A DNA stretch of 55,856 nucleotides from Natrialbaceae archaeon (GCA_046710005.1 JBKEGM010000001.1:1-55856); one strand, 5' to 3'. Counted from the first letter of the stretch, positions 35,530-45,994 are shown. The notes: generated by a model not told the origin, from the sequence alone. Translations and numbers: made by a program.

Positions 35530-37035
35530 TTAGGGCAGGACGGCCGCTGCCGCGTCGAACCCGACGCCCGAGAGCACGCCGAAGGCAGGGAGCAACGCCA
35601 CGGTCGCGATCGCGGCTACGACGATTGCGGTGTAGATCCCGACCGGTTGTGAGGTGATCTCGAATCCACCATCGGACTCTTCGAACCACATGGCCTTGAC
35701 CACTCGAGAATAGTAGAACAGTGAGAGCGCGCTATTGATGGCACCGACGGCCGCCAGCCACCAGAAGCCAGCGTTAACCGCGCCGGCAAACAGAGCGTAC
35801 TTCGTGAGGAAGCCGCCCCCCACGGGCAGGCCGGCAAGGCTGAATAGGAAAATGGTCATCGCGACCGAGGCGATCGGCGCCCGGGAGGCCAGGCCGTTGA
35901 AGTCCTCAAACGTCCGGCCGACGTCCCAGTACTCGGTCAGCGAGATGAACAAGAACGCCCCGGTGTTCATGAACCCGTAGACGAACAGGTGCAGGAGGCT
36001 CGCGCCGACCAGCAACTGGTTGTTCCCGCCGGCCGAAAGCGCGGCGATCCCGATGAACACGTAGCCAGCGTGACCGATGGATGAATATGCCAGCATGCGC
36101 TTGACGCGTGTCTGGGTCGCAGCCGCGAAGTTCCCGAGAGTCATCGTGAGAACGGCGACAATCTGGGCAACCAGTACCCAGTCGACAAGACCGGGTTCGA
36201 CGACTGTTTCGAGTGGGAAGGCGACGGTTAGCACGCGGATGACCAGTGCAAACCCGGCTGCCTTCGAAGCGGAGGAGAGGAACGCGCTGATCGGGGCGGG
36301 TGCGCCCTCGTAGGCCTCCGGCGCCCAGAAGTGGAAGGGGACGCTGGCGGTCTTGTAGAGGAACCCGCCGATGATCATCACGATCCCCAAGCCGAGCACG
36401 CCCACCTGGTCACCGACGCCAGCGTCGATAGCGCCGGCGATGTCCGTCAGCAGGAGCGACCCCGTGACGGCGTAGACCAGACTGACGCCGTAGATCAGAA
36501 TGGCCGTCGAAAGCGCGCCGATTAGGAAGTACTTCAGCCCGGCCTCGACGCTGCCCCGGTTGCGTTTGAGGAACGCGACGAGCACGTACGACGGGAGACT
36601 CGCCAGTTCGAGGCTGATGGCGACCGTCGACAAACTGTTGGCGCTGGCCATGAGGGCCATTCCGGTGGCGGCCAACAATACGAGCGCGTTAAACTCGCAC
36701 TGGTAACTGTGGCCGGCGAGGTAGTCGTAACTCGCCAGGAGGACCAGGAACGTCACGCTGGCGACCAGCACGCCGAAGAACAGGCTCATCTGGTCGACGA
36801 TCAGCTGGTTCTCGAAGAGGGTGAAGATTCCCTCACCCGCGGGATCGCCGACACCATTCGCAAAGAGCCAGACTCCAGCCACGACCGCGAGGAGCGTTCC
36901 GATCCCAGACATCCCCAGGAGTTCCTTCCGGTTGCACGATCTGGGCAGGATGGCATCGACCGTTAGCAACAACAGGGCCGTTACACCCAGGATCAGCGGG
37001 ACCGCAAGCGTCGCGATCTGTGGCAGTTGTACCAT
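35530..37035 (-). CDS. nuoN: NADH-quinone oxidoreductase (complex I-like) subunit N
   Basis: 501-aa, about 14-TM antiporter-like subunit. Last gene of the nuo operon. Confidence 0.92.
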   Translation of the reverse strand: MVQLPQIATLAVPLILGVTALLLLTVDAILPRSCNRKELLGMSGIGTLLAVVAGVWLFANGVGDPAGEGIFTLFENQLIVDQMSLFFGVLVASVTFLVLLASYDYLAGHSYQCEFNALVLLAATGMALMASANSLSTVAISLELASLPSYVLVAFLKRNRGSVEAGLKYFLIGALSTAILIYGVSLVYAVTGSLLLTDIAGAIDAGVGDQVGVLGLGIVMIIGGFLYKTASVPFHFWAPEAYEGAPAPISAFLSSASKAAGFALVIRVLTVAFPLETVVEPGLVDWVLVAQIVAVLTMTLGNFAAATQTRVKRMLAYSSIGHAGYVFIGIAALSAGGNNQLLVGASLLHLFVYGFMNTGAFLFISLTEYWDVGRTFEDFNGLASRAPIASVAMTIFLFSLAGLPVGGGFLTKYALFAGAVNAGFWWLAAVGAINSALSLFYYSRVVKAMWFEESDGGFEITSQPVGIYTAIVVAAIATVALLPAFGVLSGVGFDAAAAVLP

Positions 37036-38597
37036 CAGGCACCACCTCCCAGTGCGAGTGCGGTCGAGTCGAACAGCGGCTGGACCGAGTCACGGATCAT
37101 CCCGAAGAACGCCTCCGGTGCAACGCCAAGGATCACGATCAGCGCGAGCAGTGCGAACAGAGGCAGGACGTCCTGCATCGGCGCCCGCCCGATTTCGTAG
37201 TCGGTTTGGAGATCGAACGGCCCGAACAGCGTCCGCTGCATCGCGAACAGGAGGTAGCCGGCGACCACGACGATGCCGAACATCGCAACCGCGGTGAACA
37301 GTTCGGATGCCGGGAGCGCCTCTGCGCCGAAGGATCCGACGAACACGAAGAACTCGCCGGCGAACCCGGACATCAGTGGAAGTCCCATGTACCCGAAGGC
37401 GCCAGCGACGAACACCCCAGCCGTGACTGGCATCCTGTCTGCCACGCCCGACATATCGCCGACCATCCGAGTGTGGGTCTCGTTGTAGATGACGCCGACG
37501 ACCATGAACATCAGCCCCGAGATGAGACCGTGACTGACCATCTGGAAGGTCGCGCCACCCATCCCGTAGGTCGTGAATGCAACCAGGCCGAGGATCACGT
37601 AGCCCATCGATGAGATTGACGAGTACGCGACGATCCGTTTCAGGTCCTGTTGGGCCAGCGCGAGGACCGCCCCGTAAAGGACACTGAAGACCGCGACGAC
37701 CGCGATCGGGACCGCGAGATCACGTGCGACGTCCGGGAGCATCGTGAAGTTGAACCGAAGCAGAGCGTAGGTCCCCATCTTCAGGAGGACGCCTGCTAGG
37801 AGCACCGAGGCGGGGGTCGGGGCCTCGACGTGTGCGTCGGGAAGCCAGGTGTGGACAGGAACGGCCGGCACCTTGACCGCGAACCCGATGAACATGGCGA
37901 GGAACGATAGCAGTTTGAGCGTCTCCGCGCCGATGACGCCGGCGTAGGCGTCCGGCGCAACCCCATCCACGGCGAGGGCCTGTGCGATGGCTGGCAAGTC
38001 GAAACTCGTCACCGCATCGCCCAGGCCGAACACCAGCGCGACGAACCCGATGAACATCACCAGGCTGGCCACGTTGGTGTAGACGAAGAACTTGATCGCG
38101 GCGTACTTCCGGCGCGGGCCGCCCCAAACGCCGATCAGGAAGTACATCGGAACGAGGACGGCCTCCCAAAAGACGAACCAGACGATGAAGTCCAGCGCGG
38201 TGAACACGCCCAGCAGGGCCGTCTCCATGAACAGGACGAGCCCGTAAAACTGCGACTGGCGCTCGTCGATGGGCGTCCAGGCGCTGACGATGGCCAACGT
38301 GGTAAGCACCGTCGTCAGAATCAGCAATGGGAGGCTGATCCCATCGACGCCGACGTGCCAGTGGATCGAGTACGGTTCCAGGACGGCCCAGGCGAACTCC
38401 TCTTCGAAGGCCAGTGAGCCCCCGAGTAGGGCGTTGCCCGCACCGTCGAATTGACTATACATCCAACCGCTGCCGAGAAGCGGCACCAGGCTGGCGAGAA
38501 ACGCCAGGCGGCCGGCGTACTCGTCGGGTGCGAGGAAGACGCCGAACGAACCGATCAACGTGAGCGCGAGCAGTATTTCGATAATCATGCGAACCAC
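37035..38597 (-). CDS. nuoM: NADH-quinone oxidoreductase subunit M
   Basis: 520-aa antiporter-like subunit. 'VPVHTWLPDAHVEAPTPASVLLAGVLLKMG' is the NuoM/ND4 signature. Confidence 0.93.
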   Translation of the reverse strand: MVRMIIEILLALTLIGSFGVFLAPDEYAGRLAFLASLVPLLGSGWMYSQFDGAGNALLGGSLAFEEEFAWAVLEPYSIHWHVGVDGISLPLLILTTVLTTLAIVSAWTPIDERQSQFYGLVLFMETALLGVFTALDFIVWFVFWEAVLVPMYFLIGVWGGPRRKYAAIKFFVYTNVASLVMFIGFVALVFGLGDAVTSFDLPAIAQALAVDGVAPDAYAGVIGAETLKLLSFLAMFIGFAVKVPAVPVHTWLPDAHVEAPTPASVLLAGVLLKMGTYALLRFNFTMLPDVARDLAVPIAVVAVFSVLYGAVLALAQQDLKRIVAYSSISSMGYVILGLVAFTTYGMGGATFQMVSHGLISGLMFMVVGVIYNETHTRMVGDMSGVADRMPVTAGVFVAGAFGYMGLPLMSGFAGEFFVFVGSFGAEALPASELFTAVAMFGIVVVAGYLLFAMQRTLFGPFDLQTDYEIGRAPMQDVLPLFALLALIVILGVAPEAFFGMIRDSVQPLFDSTALALGGGA

Positions 38598-40600
38598 CCT
38601 CCGGTAACGCTCAGGATGAGCAGCAATCCGATCAGCCCGAGCGCAAGCAATGCGGCGTAGTTGGTCACGATACCTGTCTGGATCTGTTTGATCCGCCGTC
38701 CGCTAAAGAGACTGACCGACGAGACGCCATCGACGACCCCGTCGATGACCCCCTGATCGAAGGTGTCGGCCGCCTTGGCGAACGGATAGGTCACGCCCTC
38801 AGCCAGCCAGACCTGGTACTCGTCCTGATAGTAGTTGTTGAACCAAAGCGTCTTGAGCCAGCCGAGTTTGTCGGTGTGCTGGATGGGTTCCGGCACGGCG
38901 TAGAGCCGGTAAGCAAGCAGGACGCCTGCCAGGGCGATTCCCAGCGAGACGAGAGCCGGGAGCAGGGGGCTCAGATCGGCTGCTGAATAGCTCGCGTAAT
39001 CGTGCAGGAGGCCACTGTAGTGGTGGGCCGTCAGCATTTCCATTTCTTCAGGCCCGTTCAGCCACTGGTGAAGGTAATCGATCTCGGGACCGAGCAGTTT
39101 CTTCACCGGCGCCATGTTGATGAGGCCGGCGACGGTCGCCAGCGTCCCCAGCACGACCAGCGGGAACTTCACGTTCCAGCGAACGCCGTCGGGATCCTCC
39201 GCCCTCTCGGTTCGGGGCTCGCCGTGGAAGGTCAGGAACACCATCCGGAAGGTGTAAAACCCGGTGAGGAACACGGCGATGAGGCCCATAGCGTAGGCCC
39301 CGAGCAGGAGCGGCGTGTTCAGCCCGTGGATGAGGGCTTCATAGAGCACCTCGTCCTTCGACCAGAAGCCCGCAAACGGGAAGATGCCTGCCAGCGCGAG
39401 CGATCCGGCAAGGAACGTCCAGTAGGTCACGGGCATTCGATCCTTCAGGCCACCCATGTCCCACATGTTCTCGTTGTGGTGCATGGCGATGATGACCGAC
39501 CCGGCACCAAGGAACAACAGCGCCTTGAAGAAGGCGTGGGTCATCAGGTGGAAGGTCGCCGCGACGTACCCGCCCGCCCCAAGCGCGAGCATCATGTACC
39601 CATACTGGGAGATGGTCGAGTACGCCAGCACCTGCTTGAGTTCCTGTTTCACCGTCGCCATGGTCGCGGCCAGCAGCGCGGTGAAGCCGCCGACGAACGC
39701 TATGATGGCGAGCGCGGTCGGTGACAGCGCGTAAAGCCCGTACATCCGGGCGACCAGGTAGACGCCGGCCGCGACCATCGTCGCCGCGTGGATGAGCGCC
39801 GAGACCGGCGTCGGGCCCTCCATCGCGTCCGGCAGCCAGGTGTGTAAGGGGAACTGCGCCGATTTGCCGATGACGCCGCCGAGAACGAGCAGCGAGAGAA
39901 TCGTGATGCCCGTTTTGGGCGCGAAGCCGAGAACCTGTTCGCTATTTTTGATGGCTTCCTCGGCCAGCACTGGGAAGGCCTCTTCGCCCACGAACAAGCC
40001 GGAACCGAATGCGGTGAAAATCCCGACCACGCCAACGAGGAAGAAGTAGTCCCCGAACCGGGTGACCAGGAACGCCTTCTTGGCCGCGCTCGGCGGGCCA
40101 GGTTCGCGGAACCAGAAGCCGATCAGGAGCCACGAGCACAGCCCCACCAGTTCGAAGAACATGAATGCCATCAAGATATTGTCAGCCATCACGAACGCGA
40201 GCATCGAGAACGAGAACAGCCCCATCGAAGCGTAGTACCGGGGCAGGCCCGTCTCGCCCTCGTCGTTCATGTACCCCAGGCTGAACACCTGCACAAGGAA
40301 GGTGATCAACGAGACGATCACGAGCATGTAAGCCGATAGCGGGTCGATGAGCGCGCCGAAGTGAAGTTCGAGCGCGTCCGCTGGCGACCAGACGTATAGG
40401 GTCTCGTGATAGAGGTTTCCACCTGCGACCGCGATTGCAGCCCAGATCGAGAGTAACAGCGAGCCTCCGGTTGCCAGTATCGTGGCAAAGGCGCCACCCT
40501 TTGGCATGTAACGCCCGAAGGCCAGGGCCACGACGAATGCGACGAGTGGGAGCGCGGCGATGGCCGGTGCGAACGTGAACGCGATGTGTTCTCCTGCCAT
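38585..40600 (-). CDS. nuoL: NADH-quinone oxidoreductase subunit L
   Basis: 671 aa. 'FPLHTWLPDAMEGPTPVSALIHAATMV' is the NuoL/ND5 signature, with a long C-terminal lateral-helix region. Confidence 0.93.
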   Translation of the reverse strand: MAGEHIAFTFAPAIAALPLVAFVVALAFGRYMPKGGAFATILATGGSLLLSIWAAIAVAGGNLYHETLYVWSPADALELHFGALIDPLSAYMLVIVSLITFLVQVFSLGYMNDEGETGLPRYYASMGLFSFSMLAFVMADNILMAFMFFELVGLCSWLLIGFWFREPGPPSAAKKAFLVTRFGDYFFLVGVVGIFTAFGSGLFVGEEAFPVLAEEAIKNSEQVLGFAPKTGITILSLLVLGGVIGKSAQFPLHTWLPDAMEGPTPVSALIHAATMVAAGVYLVARMYGLYALSPTALAIIAFVGGFTALLAATMATVKQELKQVLAYSTISQYGYMMLALGAGGYVAATFHLMTHAFFKALLFLGAGSVIIAMHHNENMWDMGGLKDRMPVTYWTFLAGSLALAGIFPFAGFWSKDEVLYEALIHGLNTPLLLGAYAMGLIAVFLTGFYTFRMVFLTFHGEPRTERAEDPDGVRWNVKFPLVVLGTLATVAGLINMAPVKKLLGPEIDYLHQWLNGPEEMEMLTAHHYSGLLHDYASYSAADLSPLLPALVSLGIALAGVLLAYRLYAVPEPIQHTDKLGWLKTLWFNNYYQDEYQVWLAEGVTYPFAKAADTFDQGVIDGVVDGVSSVSLFSGRRIKQIQTGIVTNYAALLALGLIGLLLILSVTGGWFA

Positions 40601-40601
40601 T

Positions 40602-40907
40602 TTACCACCTCATCGTCGTCGGGACAGTTACGTCGACGTCACCGAAGTTGCGGTGCAGCACCAGGATGATGCCAATGCCAACGGCAACCTCGGCGGCGGC
40701 CAGTGCCATGACGAACAGCGCGAAGACTTGGCCGGTGAGGTTCCCGTGATAGATGGAGAAGGCCACGAAATTCACGTTTGCAGCGTTGAGCATCAACTCG
40801 ACTGACATCAGAAAGACCAGCGCGTTGTTCCGAGTAAGGACGCCGAACAGCCCGATAGCAAACAACGCTGCCGAAAGCAGCATGTAATACTGGAGTGATG
40901 CCGTCAT
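40602..40907 (-). CDS. nuoK: NADH-quinone oxidoreductase subunit K
   Basis: 101-aa, 3-TM ORF '[18 protein letters not shown]' (ND4L family). Confidence 0.93.
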   Translation of the reverse strand: MTASLQYYMLLSAALFAIGLFGVLTRNNALVFLMSVELMLNAANVNFVAFSIYHGNLTGQVFALFVMALAAAEVAVGIGIILVLHRNFGDVDVTVPTTMRW

Positions 40908-41296
40908 CGATTATCCTCCTCTTCGTCGGCTGGGCGCCCGGCATCCGTTTCTTCGGAACCCCAGCGATGATCAACCTCGGATCGGAGTGCAGTCACGACC
41001 TCGCCATCGACCTCACGACGAGCGAGCGTAACGCCCCCGACGAGTGCGGCCACGAGGACGAAGGCTATCATCTCGAACTGCGCAAGGAATCCCTCCGTCT
41101 CTGTCGAGACCGTCGCGACGTCGATATTTATCAGGGAGAAACCGATCGCCCCTGTGACGCTATCGATACCCTCGAACCCGGCCGGATCCCCGAACGATGC
41201 CGTCGAGATGATCGCGGCCATGAGGGCGAACAGTCCCAGGGCAACGATCCCCGGTAGCAAGTGTCGCCCCAGGTTCAGTTCCGGTTTCGTCGTCAC
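40904..41296 (-). CDS. nuoJ2: NADH-quinone oxidoreductase subunit J, C-terminal part (J2)
   Basis: 130 aa. '...[22 protein letters not shown]' corresponds to the C-terminal NuoJ helix. Split nuoJ is usual in haloarchaea. Confidence 0.8.
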   Translation of the reverse strand: MTTKPELNLGRHLLPGIVALGLFALMAAIISTASFGDPAGFEGIDSVTGAIGFSLINIDVATVSTETEGFLAQFEMIAFVLVAALVGGVTLARREVDGEVVTALRSEVDHRWGSEETDAGRPADEEEDNR

Positions 41297-41565
41297 GCGC
41301 CTTCGACCTCCGGTTCCATTGTCTCAGTACGCGTTAGCATCACGGCGAACGTGATCAGGATCAAAACGCCGCCCACGTACACGAGTATCTGTATCGCAGC
41401 GACGAACTCGGCTTCCACCATCACGTAATGCACCGCGACGCTGAGGAGCGCTCCCCCGAGGAACAGTGCGGAGTGCCACACGTCTCGGACGAGCACCACG
41501 CCCAGACTGCTCGCCAGGGTCACAGCGGCGAACAGCGCAAACGCGAGTGTCTCGTACGCAACCAT
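41293..41565 (-). CDS. nuoJ1: NADH-quinone oxidoreductase subunit J, N-terminal part (J1)
   Basis: 90 aa. 'FLGGALLSVAVHYVMVEAEFVAAIQILVYVGGVLILITFAVML' is the ND6/NuoJ core. Confidence 0.85.
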   Translation of the reverse strand: MVAYETLAFALFAAVTLASSLGVVLVRDVWHSALFLGGALLSVAVHYVMVEAEFVAAIQILVYVGGVLILITFAVMLTRTETMEPEVEGA

Positions 41566-41625
41566 AATTATCCCTACCGAAGGGACACCCTTTGAAGAAT
41601 TCGGTTTCGGCAGAGAAAGCCCTCA

Positions 41626-41637
41626 TTTAAATTATAT
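41626..41637 (-). promoter_or_regulatory. TATA-like element inside the nuoI-nuoJ1 gap (candidate internal promoter)
   Basis: 'TTTAAATTATAT' (ATATAATTTAAA on the coding strand) lies 60-70 nt upstream of the nuoJ1 ATG. It sits in the only sizeable (121-bp) gap of an otherwise overlapping operon. Confidence 0.3.
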
Positions 41638-41686
41638 CTTTTGACGCCTCTGGAAAGGCCGCATGGACGATGAAACGGATGCCCCT

Positions 41687-42148
41687 CTACATATAATCGA
41701 CGTCACCATCGCCTTCGCCGACCCAGGCATTCCGTTCCGACTCCCGGGCCTGGACCGGGTCGACGTCTTTGTACCATGGGACGTTCTTGAGTTCCTCCTT
41801 GTTGAACACCGTGTCGTCTTTGGTGTCGCCCGTGAATTCGAAATTCTGTGTGAGGACGATGGCTTCGACCGGGCACACCTCCTCACAGAGTCGACAGTAG
41901 ATACACTGCCCGACATGAAGATCGTACTCCTCCCCATTCCGATCTTCGTCCATCTCGATGTGAATGGTGTCGTTCGGGCAGACCTCCTCACACTGGCGAC
42001 ACCAAATACACCGATCCTCGCTCCACTTGTGAACCCCACGGAATCTGGGACTGACCTCCGGCTCGTCTTCCGGGTACTTGACCGTGAAGGTCTCTCCGTC
42101 GAGGGCGTGGCTCATCGTCGCTGCCAGGGACTTCAGCATCCCGATCAT
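41687..42148 (-). CDS. nuoI: NADH-quinone oxidoreductase subunit I (2x[4Fe-4S] ferredoxin-like)
   Basis: Start 'MIGMLKSL' overlaps the nuoH stop. Cluster motifs 'CIWCRQCEEVCP' and 'CIYCRLCEEVCP'. Confidence 0.93.
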   Translation of the reverse strand: MIGMLKSLAATMSHALDGETFTVKYPEDEPEVSPRFRGVHKWSEDRCIWCRQCEEVCPNDTIHIEMDEDRNGEEYDLHVGQCIYCRLCEEVCPVEAIVLTQNFEFTGDTKDDTVFNKEELKNVPWYKDVDPVQARESERNAWVGEGDGDVDYM

Positions 42149-43212
42149 GCGATCACCCCCACGATGATTGCCGTGAGAACCAGGTTCGCGAACGACAGCT
42201 CCAGCAGCCCTTTCCAACCGATTTGGATGAGTTGGTCGATCCGAACCCGGGGGACTGCCGACCGAGCCCACTGGGTCAGGAGGAACACGGCCCAAATTTT
42301 CAACGTGAACCAGACGATGCCCGGGAGGACGGGACCGTGCCAGCCGCCAAGGAACAACGTCGCGATGATCGCGGCCCCGAGGAAGATGTGAAGGAATTCA
42401 CCCAGGTAATACAGGACGAAATACACGGATCCGTACTCGGTCTGGTACCCGCCCACGATTTCGGTGGGCGCTTCCGGCGTGTCGAACGGGTTACGTCCGA
42501 TCTCGGCCATGTTCGCCGCGATGAACAGGACGAACGCGAAGGGGTTGACGAACGCGAACCACTGTGGGATCTGGATGCCGCCAATCTCGACGAGTGTCTG
42601 GTGCTGGACGGCGATGATCTCGGTGATCTGGAGACTTCCGACGAAGATAACCACCGAGGCACCAGTAATGACTAGCGGAATCTCGTAGGCGATGTTCTGT
42701 GCGATCGCCCGCAACCCGCCAAGCAGCGAGTACTTGTTGCTCGACGCATACCCGCCCATGACCAGTCCCAGCGATGCGAGCGACGAGACGGCGAACACGT
42801 ACACCAGTCCGATCTCCGGATCGGCAACCTGAATGCCAGGATGGATCGGGATGACTGCGAACCCAAGCAGTGCCGATAACGGGACGAGGATTGGTGCGAG
42901 GTCGAACGCCGGCCGATCCACGTTCTCCGGAATGATGAGTTCCTTCGAGAGCAACCGAAGTGAGTCGACGACGATCGTCCCGATGCCTGCAGGACCGACG
43001 CGATTAACGGAGATGCGGTCCGTGAAGGCGGCCGTGATCTTCCGCTTTGCCCACGGTCCCGCGACTGCTGCGTTCAATAGGACGAACGAGCCGATGAGCG
43101 TGGCCCCTATCAAGCTAGCAAGGGTTTCACCCGGAACGCCGAATTCCCCGAGGCCGAGCAGATCCGAAATCATCTCGGGAAGCAAAATCCCGGGAAACGC
43201 CATCGGCGTCAT
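42145..43212 (-). CDS. nuoH: NADH-quinone oxidoreductase subunit H
   Basis: Start 'MTPMAFPG' overlaps the nuoCD stop (ATGA). 'AEIGRNPFDTPEAPTEIVGGYQTEYG' is the ND1 signature. Confidence 0.93.
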   Translation of the reverse strand: MTPMAFPGILLPEMISDLLGLGEFGVPGETLASLIGATLIGSFVLLNAAVAGPWAKRKITAAFTDRISVNRVGPAGIGTIVVDSLRLLSKELIIPENVDRPAFDLAPILVPLSALLGFAVIPIHPGIQVADPEIGLVYVFAVSSLASLGLVMGGYASSNKYSLLGGLRAIAQNIAYEIPLVITGASVVIFVGSLQITEIIAVQHQTLVEIGGIQIPQWFAFVNPFAFVLFIAANMAEIGRNPFDTPEAPTEIVGGYQTEYGSVYFVLYYLGEFLHIFLGAAIIATLFLGGWHGPVLPGIVWFTLKIWAVFLLTQWARSAVPRVRIDQLIQIGWKGLLELSFANLVLTAIIVGVIA

Positions 43213-44882
43213 CGATCCACCTCCCCGAGGACGATGTCGAGACTGCCTAACGACGCCACGAGGTCGGCGATGTATTCGCCTTCGGACATCTCCGGAAGCG
43301 TCTGGAGGTTGCTGAAACACGGACTCCGGATCTTGAACCGTGCCGGCTTGTCAGTGCCGTCCGAACGCATGTAGATGCCCAGTTCGCCTTTGGCGCCCTC
43401 GACAGCCCGATACACTTCCTTGCCAGCCTCCGGCTTCAGCGTCCGGGGAACGTTGGCCTGGATGTTTCGTTCGTCCGCCGGCCAGTCCTCGAGCAGATCC
43501 ACGCACTGCTGGATAATTTTGGCGGATTCCTCGACTTCTCGAAGGCGGACGAGCACGCGACTAAAGTTGTCCCGGCCGTCCTCCGTGGCGACGTCCCAAT
43601 CGAGTTGGTCATAGTACCCGTATGGATCGTCGCGACGGATGTCGTAGTCGACGCCAGACCCCCGGGCGACCGGGCCGGTCGCACCGAGTTGTTTGGCGGC
43701 CTCGGGGTCCAGGATCCCCGTGTCCACGGTTCGCATCTGGAAGATTTCGTTTCGCGTGAGCAGGTCGTGATAATCCTGGAGTGATTGTGGGAGTTCGTCC
43801 AGGAAGTCGCGGATCTTCTCGAAGAATTCCTGGCGGGGTTCGGGGAGATCCCATGCAAGCCCGCCAACGCGAAGGTAATTGAACATCAGACGCTGACCGG
43901 TTAGGTCTTCCAGGATGTTCTGGACGACCTCCCGATCCTTGATCGCGTACATGAACGTGGCAGTGAAGTCACCGACCACGTCCAGTCCGTAGGTCGCGAC
44001 TGCGATCGTGTGGGAGGCGATCCGCGATAGTTCGGCCCCCATCGTTCGGATAACCTGGGCGTAATTGGGGACCTCGATGTCGGCCATGTCCTCGATGGCC
44101 CTGGCATAGGCCCATTCGTTGAGCAGTCCCGACGAGATGTAGTCCCAACGATCGGGATAGGGCATGATCTGGTGGCGGTAGGTGCTTTCCTGGCACATCT
44201 GCTCCTCGCAGCGATGCAGATAGCCGATATCAGGGTCGACGTCAATCACTGACTCACCATCGAGGGTGGTTTTGAGGTGAAGCACACCGTGGGTCGCCGG
44301 GTGGTGCGGACCGATGTTGAGGAACATCGTATCCGAATCGGTGTCCTTGTGATCGTCGGCGATCGGGTTCTTGTGCGCCTCGAGCGTGACGATCTGGGGC
44401 TTATCCTGATCGTAATCCTTCGACAGGGGATGGCCCTGCCAGGTCCGGGGCAGGAGGATCCGGCGCAGGTCCGGATGGTCCTCGTACTGGACCCCGACTA
44501 AATCGTAGGCTTCCCGTTCGTGCCAATCCCCCGTCCGGTAAACCGGGGCGCTGGATTGGCTAACTGGTTCGTCCCGTGCAGTGGGGACGACCAGGCTCAG
44601 TTCCTGCGTGGGATCGTCGTACTTTTTGAGGTGGTAAATGCTCTCGTAGCGGTCCTCGTACTCCTGGGCGGTGACCAGCGACAAATGATCGAATCCAGCA
44701 TCGTCTCTGAGGGTGTAGAGAACGTCCTGGACGTCGTCAGGGCTGATCACGAACCCTTCCGCGTTGACGTGCGTTTCACGGTCTCGCACTTTTCCGTTTA
44801 GGAGGTCCTCGAGAGCATCGTAATCGAGACCATCCTCGGTGACGCCTACCGCTGGTTCGGATTCCGGTTCCTCGAGGCTCAT
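43209..44882 (-). CDS. nuoCD: NADH-quinone oxidoreductase fused subunits C and D
   Basis: 557 aa. The N-terminal 30-kDa (NuoC) part has 'ERE..D..G' ('HEREAYDLVGVQYEDHPD'). The C-terminal 49-kDa (NuoD) part has 'GPHHPATHGVL' and 'RIRSPCFSNLQ'. Confidence 0.95.
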   Translation of the reverse strand: MSLEEPESEPAVGVTEDGLDYDALEDLLNGKVRDRETHVNAEGFVISPDDVQDVLYTLRDDAGFDHLSLVTAQEYEDRYESIYHLKKYDDPTQELSLVVPTARDEPVSQSSAPVYRTGDWHEREAYDLVGVQYEDHPDLRRILLPRTWQGHPLSKDYDQDKPQIVTLEAHKNPIADDHKDTDSDTMFLNIGPHHPATHGVLHLKTTLDGESVIDVDPDIGYLHRCEEQMCQESTYRHQIMPYPDRWDYISSGLLNEWAYARAIEDMADIEVPNYAQVIRTMGAELSRIASHTIAVATYGLDVVGDFTATFMYAIKDREVVQNILEDLTGQRLMFNYLRVGGLAWDLPEPRQEFFEKIRDFLDELPQSLQDYHDLLTRNEIFQMRTVDTGILDPEAAKQLGATGPVARGSGVDYDIRRDDPYGYYDQLDWDVATEDGRDNFSRVLVRLREVEESAKIIQQCVDLLEDWPADERNIQANVPRTLKPEAGKEVYRAVEGAKGELGIYMRSDGTDKPARFKIRSPCFSNLQTLPEMSEGEYIADLVASLGSLDIVLGEVDR

Positions 44883-45583
44883 GGTGAATCAGCCCAATTG
44901 TAACGCATGACGAGCGTGTCTTTCTCGATGTCCTCCGCGAGTTGTTCGACGAGTTCGTCCCGTTCCAGTTCGTCGAACTGTTCGAGTTCGTACGGTTTAA
45001 CCGTCACGGGGCTGGATTCCCCGTTGGCGATGCGCTCCTGCAACTTGGCGACACCGTAGACCAGTGCTTCTGGTCGCGGCGGGCACCCCGGAACGTGGAT
45101 GTCGACCGGGATGACCTCTTCGGCCCCCTTAATGACGTTGTAGCCCCGCTGGAAGGGGCCCCCCGAGATGGTGCACGATCCCATCGAAACGACGAACTTC
45201 GGCTCGGCCATCTGGTCGTAGACCCGCTTCATCCGGGGGGCGAACTTCGAAACGATGGTCCCCGGGACGATGATCACGTCGGCCTGCCGCGGGGAGGCCC
45301 GTGGGACGCCGGCGTGGAACCGGTCCAGGTCGTGTTTGACCGAGTACGTGTGCATCATCTCGATGCTACAGCAGGCGATACCGAACTGTAGCATGAACAT
45401 CGAGGACCCCCGGGCCCAGTTCATGAACTTATCGAACTTCGTGAGGATGAACGGCGAGACGCCCAGGGCCTCCCGAAGCTTCGAATTAAACCGGTCATCG
45501 AGGCCCGATCCAGTCCGCGCTTCCCGGGTCTTTGTTCGTGGTTCGCTGCTGGCCAACCCGTCGGTGGTTGTGTCCTGACTCAT
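44879..45583 (-). CDS. nuoB: NADH-quinone oxidoreductase subunit B
   Basis: 'GIACCSIEMM', 'MGSCTISGGPF' and 'VPGCPPRPE' are the N2 cluster Cys motifs. Confidence 0.95.
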   Translation of the reverse strand: MSQDTTTDGLASSEPRTKTREARTGSGLDDRFNSKLREALGVSPFILTKFDKFMNWARGSSMFMLQFGIACCSIEMMHTYSVKHDLDRFHAGVPRASPRQADVIIVPGTIVSKFAPRMKRVYDQMAEPKFVVSMGSCTISGGPFQRGYNVIKGAEEVIPVDIHVPGCPPRPEALVYGVAKLQERIANGESSPVTVKPYELEQFDELERDELVEQLAEDIEKDTLVMRYNWADSP

Positions 45584-45586
45584 TTG

Positions 45587-45994
45587 TTAATCTGCTCGTT
45601 GAGTGTTATGTTCCGGGCGGGGACTCGCTGCCCACTCGACCGCCCCATTGCGCCATGCCCAGGCGAGTGGGACGACGAGAATGGCGATGAACACCAGCAT
45701 CGGTACCAGTGCGGTGGCCAGATCGGTCGCTGCGATCGCGTCCTCGTAAATGACCGCCCACGGGAAGATGAGGACGGACTCGATGTCGAAGACGACGAAC
45801 AGCAACGCCACCATATAGTACTGGATGTTGAACCGGATGCGCGTCCCGCCAGTCGGGACCTCGCCGCTCTCGTATGTGGCGCGTTTGTCTCGTTCAGGGA
45901 CGCTGGGCCGTAAGAGGGCCGAAACCACGATCATCAGGACTGGGATGCCCACTCCGACGACCGCGAACGCCCCGATGGCGATCCATTGGTTCAT
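45587..45994 (-). CDS. nuoA: NADH-quinone oxidoreductase subunit A
   Basis: 135-aa, 3-TM ORF. 'YESGEVPTG...FNIQYYMVALLFVVFDIESVLIFPWA' is the ND3 signature. Confidence 0.92.
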   Translation of the reverse strand: MNQWIAIGAFAVVGVGIPVLMIVVSALLRPSVPERDKRATYESGEVPTGGTRIRFNIQYYMVALLFVVFDIESVLIFPWAVIYEDAIAATDLATALVPMLVFIAILVVPLAWAWRNGAVEWAASPRPEHNTQRAD

